From assembly GCA_965369655.1 (NCBI GenBank), contig CBDUQR010000065.1:1-11465 (forward strand): a stretch of 11,465 nucleotides of DNA. Direction: 5' to 3'. The stretch is from an uncultured bacterium. GTDB lineage: Bacteria > Zixibacteria > MSB-5A5 > JAABVY01 > JAHJOQ01. The position numbers and the translations under genes were made by a program. Below are positions 7,638 to 11,465 of the stretch, one piece after another (position 1 is the first letter of the stretch; the number at the start of each line of letters is the position of its first letter). The notes below the pieces were generated by a model. It saw only the letters and a list, made by a program, of their open reading frames with translations, did no database searches and was not told the origin of the DNA.

Positions 7638-8357
7638 ATGCGTAACTTGATAATCAGTGTTGATGCTGTTGCCGCACTTAGAGAAGACCGCAAGGAGAAA
7701 GAACCCGATCCAGTCACCGCAGCCGCATTGGCCGAGATGGCGGGTGCCGACGGCATTGCAATACATCTGCGGATGGACAAGCGCCACGTTCGTGATCGCG
7801 ATCTTTATATTCTCAGAGAGACCGTCAAAACGAGACTCGTCCTCTATATTACTCCATCGTCCGAAATGGTGACGAGGGCCCTCGAAGTCAAGCCATCGGA
7901 AGTCACGCTTGTCTCTGAGCGATCCGGAGAGTTGACCACAGAAACAGGACTTGATTTCAGCGAGCAGGGAGAAGCTGTCCGTGAAACAGTTATGCAACTC
8001 AAAGCGGCCGGTTGCACTGTATTTGCGGTTGTTGAACCTGACAACGATTCGATCAAGAGCGCAGCCAAAGCCGGACTGGATGGAGTCGAGTTATTCACTC
8101 ATCACTACCGCGAGGCAAAGTCGTCTTCAGAGAGAGGCGAAGAACTCCAGAGGCTCATCAAGGCCACTGAGTCAGCAAAGAAACAGGAACTGCACATCAG
8201 GGCGGCAGGCGGTCTCGACTATCAGAATATCCTTCCGCTGCTCTCCGACACCGAGATAACCGAATTCGTAATCGGACACAGCATTGTCGCCCGAGCCGTT
8301 CTGACCGGGTTCGAAAGAGCGGTAAAGGAAATCGTCGATATCGTTAAGTTCTTCTAA
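7638..8357 (+). CDS. pdxJ: Pyridoxine 5'-phosphate synthase (PdxJ)-family protein, catalytically divergent
   Basis: Collinear 239-aa PdxJ pattern: LR..R...EPDPV, GADGI.IHLR.D.RH, KP..VTLV.E...ELTTE.GLD, VEL.T..Y, GLDY.N and IGHSIVARA. Family assignment is secure. Enzymatic function is doubtful (see findings). Confidence 0.88.
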   Translation: MRNLIISVDAVAALREDRKEKEPDPVTAAALAEMAGADGIAIHLRMDKRHVRDRDLYILRETVKTRLVLYITPSSEMVTRALEVKPSEVTLVSERSGELTTETGLDFSEQGEAVRETVMQLKAAGCTVFAVVEPDNDSIKSAAKAGLDGVELFTHHYREAKSSSERGEELQRLIKATESAKKQELHIRAAGGLDYQNILPLLSDTEITEFVIGHSIVARAVLTGFERAVKEIVDIVKFF

Positions 8358-8361
8358 TTCG

Positions 8362-10953
8362 CTACTCCGGAAGTCCGGCTGTTGCGAGGATATAATTCTC
8401 GGTAGACAGGTACTTCCTCGCCACGGATGAAACCTGATCCGCCGTGACTTCGCGCATCATCGCTATCCATTTGGGGCCGTAATCGTACCCGACGCCGAGG
8501 TGTTCATATACTCCCATGTAGTACGCCTGGTTGATCCGAGACAGGTTTCTCGTCAGCGATGATCCCCAGAGAGAGTTCTTGGCTTTCTCGAGTTCGTCGG
8601 GATCGATCGGGTCGTTCTTGAGCTTCTCTATCTCTGCGATCATTCCGTCGCGAGCAGTCTCGTAGTTGTCACGTCCCGTACCCATGGCGGCGACATACCA
8701 TCCGAAATCCCGGTCCAGACTCACCGATGCGCCGACGCTATATGCCAGCCCCTGTTTCTCTCGCAGTTCGAGCGCCATCCTGTCGGAAAGAATCGCACCA
8801 GCGATTTTCAATGCTGCCGCATCCTCACTCGATATGCCCGGGAGCGGTCCGCCGATATATATGTAAACCTGCTCCTTGTCCATCGGAACATTCGCCGAGA
8901 CGATTCCTGTCGGCTCTGCCGGAGCGCCGATTCCGGGAGCAGCAAAATCAACAGACTGCATATCACCGAAACGCGCGGTGATCTTTTCGAGTGCAACTTC
9001 CGGTTCATCGGTGGTGCAGACTGTCAGGATTATATTCTGCGGTGAATAGAATGTCCGATAATGCGCCACGAGATCGTTCTTCGTGATCTGCGCGAGCGAC
9101 ATGTGCGTTCCCGGCACCGACCTTGAATACGCAGCTTCCGGGAACAGCGATTCGTAGAAAAGCTTGCGGCACTGCTCCCTTGTCGACCCGGATGATCTGC
9201 CTAACATCCCGAGTTTCTTGCGTCTTATTCGCTCGATATCTTCTTCGTTGAACGCCGCGTTTTTCAGCATGTCCGAGAGCAGCAGCATGCCCTTGTCGGA
9301 AAATACATCTATCGTCTCGAACTTGATGAAAGCAAACTGCGGCGTTGTGTATCTGTCATCGTGCGGCAGGTACGGATTATCTGTCAACGTAACTTTTGCG
9401 CCGATCGACGCGAGCTCCGATGCGAACTGTTCGCGGCTGTATTCAACCGTCCCCTCGGTCAGCAACTGGTTGACGAAATCGGTGATTCCATCTTTGCCGA
9501 CAGGCTCCATCGCGGTACGGTTTCTGCCAATAACATTCATCGCAAACACCCGGCTGTCCGGATTGCTCTTGATGATGACAGTCAGCCCGTTGGGAAGAAC
9601 TTCTTTGAGGAAACGGCTGTACGATACTTCGGTTTCTTCAGTAGCGGCTTCCGGCCTCGGCGTCACAACCGTCGCGAGATATGATCCGAAGTACTTATCG
9701 GCTACTTGCTCGATGTCGCTTCTCGTCACCTTTTCGAGATTCGGGATGAGATTCTCGAGGAAATCATATCCGGTGGATACCATCATCGACGCGATGATTA
9801 TACCATAGAAATGCAGCTTTTCGCGGAGGTAGATGTCATTCGTCTTGAGACCCACGATCAGATTGCGAAGCTCGCTCTCTGACGGTACGAGGCTCGCTGC
9901 ATCCGAAATCACGTTGTCGATCGCTCCGAGAATCTTGTCTGCATTGCCCGGAGAATCGGACGTTGCATACACTTCGAGAATCGAGAAGTCTTTCTGTGTC
10001 GTAAGCCATGCGCCTGCGCTCTGCGATAGCGGGTTCTCGCCCTCCGTGAGAGATTTTATCAGCGGAGAGACATCGCTGGAGCCGAGATGCTCGGCGAGCA
10101 GGTAGAATGCGAAATAATCCGGGTCAGTGTAATGCGGCGCCCTGAATGCAAGCTGCACATGCGTGTTCTTGACAGCCAGTTCGGCACGCTTGACAGTCCT
10201 GCCCTCCGGGATAGCGAAATTGACTGCATCGAATTCCGGCAGAGGTTTCGCCGGATACTTGCCATAGTAGCTGTCCATTTTGGCGAGCATGTCCGATGTT
10301 TCGAAATCGCCGATCACCAGCGCGGTCATGTTGTTCGGCATGTAATACGTCTTGTAGTACTCCAGAATCCGTTCGCGCGGGATGGTCGAGATGATATTCT
10401 CATAGCCGAGCACTGGGCGCGAATAGGGCGTGCCGCGATACAGCGTCTCGCGGTGGAAAACCTCTGCGGGGAAATCAGGATCATCGACACTCATCTTGAT
10501 CTCCTCGATCACTATCTTCCGCTCTTTCGGAAGCTCTTCCTCCGGGATGATCGAGTTGAATATCTGATCCGACTGGATGTCCAGACCGATCTCGATGTAC
10601 TCCTTCGGCATCAGAATCATGTAGGCTGTCAAATCCTGGCGGGTGAACGCATTGATATATCCACCGTACATCTCTACTGTCTCGTTGATCGCGATCCGAT
10701 CGCGGCTTCTTGTGCCGTCGAAAAGGAGATGCTCAAGAAAGTGTGTGACGCCATTGTTGAAATCAGTCTCGTACCGTGCTCCGGCGTTGATGAACACGAT
10801 CGATGTTATCATTGGCGACGAGTGATTCTCTTTGAGGATCACGGTCATGCCGTTGTCGAGCTTGAATGTCTCTGTCGGTGCAAGCTTGATGTCGGCATGA
10901 GCTACGCCCGCGATGAAGAATAATGTCAGGAAAACAACTGTCAATTTACGCAT
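8362..10953 (-). CDS. Secreted/periplasmic M16B (pitrilysin/PqqL-like) zinc peptidase with two fused halves
   Basis: Signal peptide MRKLTVVFLTLFFIAGVAHA|D. Active half: LDNGM, HFLEH (HxxEH, 10729-10743), INAFT, ERKIVIEE and YY.PNNM. Second half: LPNGL, DFVNQ replacing HxxEH, and LREKQGLAYSV (the R/Y substrate-binding pair). GGAGG RBS at 10961-10965. Confidence 0.93.
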   Translation of the reverse strand: MRKLTVVFLTLFFIAGVAHADIKLAPTETFKLDNGMTVILKENHSSPMITSIVFINAGARYETDFNNGVTHFLEHLLFDGTRSRDRIAINETVEMYGGYINAFTRQDLTAYMILMPKEYIEIGLDIQSDQIFNSIIPEEELPKERKIVIEEIKMSVDDPDFPAEVFHRETLYRGTPYSRPVLGYENIISTIPRERILEYYKTYYMPNNMTALVIGDFETSDMLAKMDSYYGKYPAKPLPEFDAVNFAIPEGRTVKRAELAVKNTHVQLAFRAPHYTDPDYFAFYLLAEHLGSSDVSPLIKSLTEGENPLSQSAGAWLTTQKDFSILEVYATSDSPGNADKILGAIDNVISDAASLVPSESELRNLIVGLKTNDIYLREKLHFYGIIIASMMVSTGYDFLENLIPNLEKVTRSDIEQVADKYFGSYLATVVTPRPEAATEETEVSYSRFLKEVLPNGLTVIIKSNPDSRVFAMNVIGRNRTAMEPVGKDGITDFVNQLLTEGTVEYSREQFASELASIGAKVTLTDNPYLPHDDRYTTPQFAFIKFETIDVFSDKGMLLLSDMLKNAAFNEEDIERIRRKKLGMLGRSSGSTREQCRKLFYESLFPEAAYSRSVPGTHMSLAQITKNDLVAHYRTFYSPQNIILTVCTTDEPEVALEKITARFGDMQSVDFAAPGIGAPAEPTGIVSANVPMDKEQVYIYIGGPLPGISSEDAAALKIAGAILSDRMALELREKQGLAYSVGASVSLDRDFGWYVAAMGTGRDNYETARDGMIAEIEKLKNDPIDPDELEKAKNSLWGSSLTRNLSRINQAYYMGVYEHLGVGYDYGPKWIAMMREVTADQVSSVARKYLSTENYILATAGLPE

Positions 10954-10989
10954 TATGAACCCTCCCTGGTCAAGAGTAGTCCGTCCTCA

Positions 10990-11087
10990 TGTTGCGTCGG
11001 GTCTTGACTGCGATTGGTCGCAGTTGTGACCGGACGCGCAAACCTACTGTCAGGTCACACGCCTTCAGCGCAAGACCTGACATAACA
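10990..11087. repeat. Inverted doublet of (C/T)GTC-tagged palindromic repeats (REPIN/MITE-like, ~98 bp)
   Basis: Copy A (minus, 11037-10994) is gcGTCCGGTCACA-actgcgaccaatcgcagt-CAAGACCCGACgc. Copy B (plus, 11048-11082) is tGTCAGGTCACA-cgccttcagcg-CAAGACCTGACa. The whole unit is bounded by a 17-bp imperfect inverted repeat, 10990-11006 and 11071-11087 (14/17 Watson-Crick). Confidence 0.7.
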
Positions 11088-11103
11088 CAAAAAGCGACCC
11101 GGA

Positions 11104-11132
11104 AGGATACGCCGATCCCCGTCCCACGTCAA
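11104..11132 (-). promoter_or_regulatory. Putative sigma70-type promoter for the M16 peptidase
   Basis: Minus strand TTGACG (11132-11127), exactly 17 bp of spacer, then TATCCT (11109-11104). Confidence 0.55.
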
Positions 11133-11465
11133 GCCGTTTGATGTTGGACTTTCCTCAAAAAACATCATGGGTTGAAGAGTGAGAACTGGTATTTGGGTGA
11201 TTGGTTGGGAAGGTTCCGTAGTAGACCTTTGTCGTTGCGCCTTAGCAGCTCTCTTATGCCATCGGAGAGGGCATAGAATCTGAAATCGGGAACTCCTGAT
11301 ATTCTTTTCGATACTCGCAGCAGCAGCCCGGATATAGAGCGTGTAATTATTTTTGTGTAAGCGGCCCTGATGTATATTCATTAGAAGGAGGATACGCTCA
11401 TAAATAAAGAGGGTCTTCTCCCAAACGAGTGGGTAGGAATCAGCAGATAGAGGCTGAGAAAGCCA

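Noticed and set aside
9164-10923. Long + strand ORFs 9164-9808 (214 aa) and 10087-10923 (278 aa)
   Set aside because: These are antisense shadows of the M16 peptidase, with no recognisable motifs and atypical composition. The same applies to the other short nested ORFs in the track.
10990-11087. Repeats as a mini CRISPR array or integron attC sites
   Set aside because: The copies are inverted rather than direct, and no spacers, cas genes or integrase are present. The flanking genes are housekeeping rather than cassette-like, and the RYYYAAC..GTTRRRY ends are not in attC orientation.
11146-11156. GAGGAAAGTCC on the minus strand, the RNase P RNA 5' signature
   Set aside because: It is not followed by the GGGCTC/ATGCTC-type continuation. 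No 3' ACAGAA..GGCTTA partner was found, and a full-length RNA would run into the peptidase CDS.
11055-11381. 108-aa minus-strand ORF
   Set aside because: No RBS and no motif. It runs through the predicted promoter and ends inside the repeat doublet, so it is probably spurious.
11430-11465. GCTGAGA suggestive of a TPP riboswitch
   Set aside because: The preceding GGGG(T/A)GC P2/P3 element is missing and the CCTGA core would lie outside the window, so the call cannot be supported.

Overview
This is a gene-dense chromosomal window from a diderm bacterium, judged by the presence of an outer-membrane barrel and lipoproteins; the taxon cannot be fixed from sequence alone. The + strand carries a housekeeping run: ricT/PSP1, metG, tatD, rsmA. 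It is coupled by overlapping stops and starts to an uncharacterised three-gene envelope module, made of a ~600-aa predicted outer-membrane beta-barrel and two paralogous lipoproteins. Next is a separately promoted PdxJ homolog that has lost several canonical catalytic residues. It converges tail-to-tail on a secreted M16B (PqqL-like) zinc peptidase on the - strand. The intergenic regions hold two families of REP/REPIN-like palindromic doublets. I saw no tRNA, rRNA, CRISPR array or transposase. The best leads are the catalytically divergent PdxJ and the barrel plus twin-lipoprotein module.
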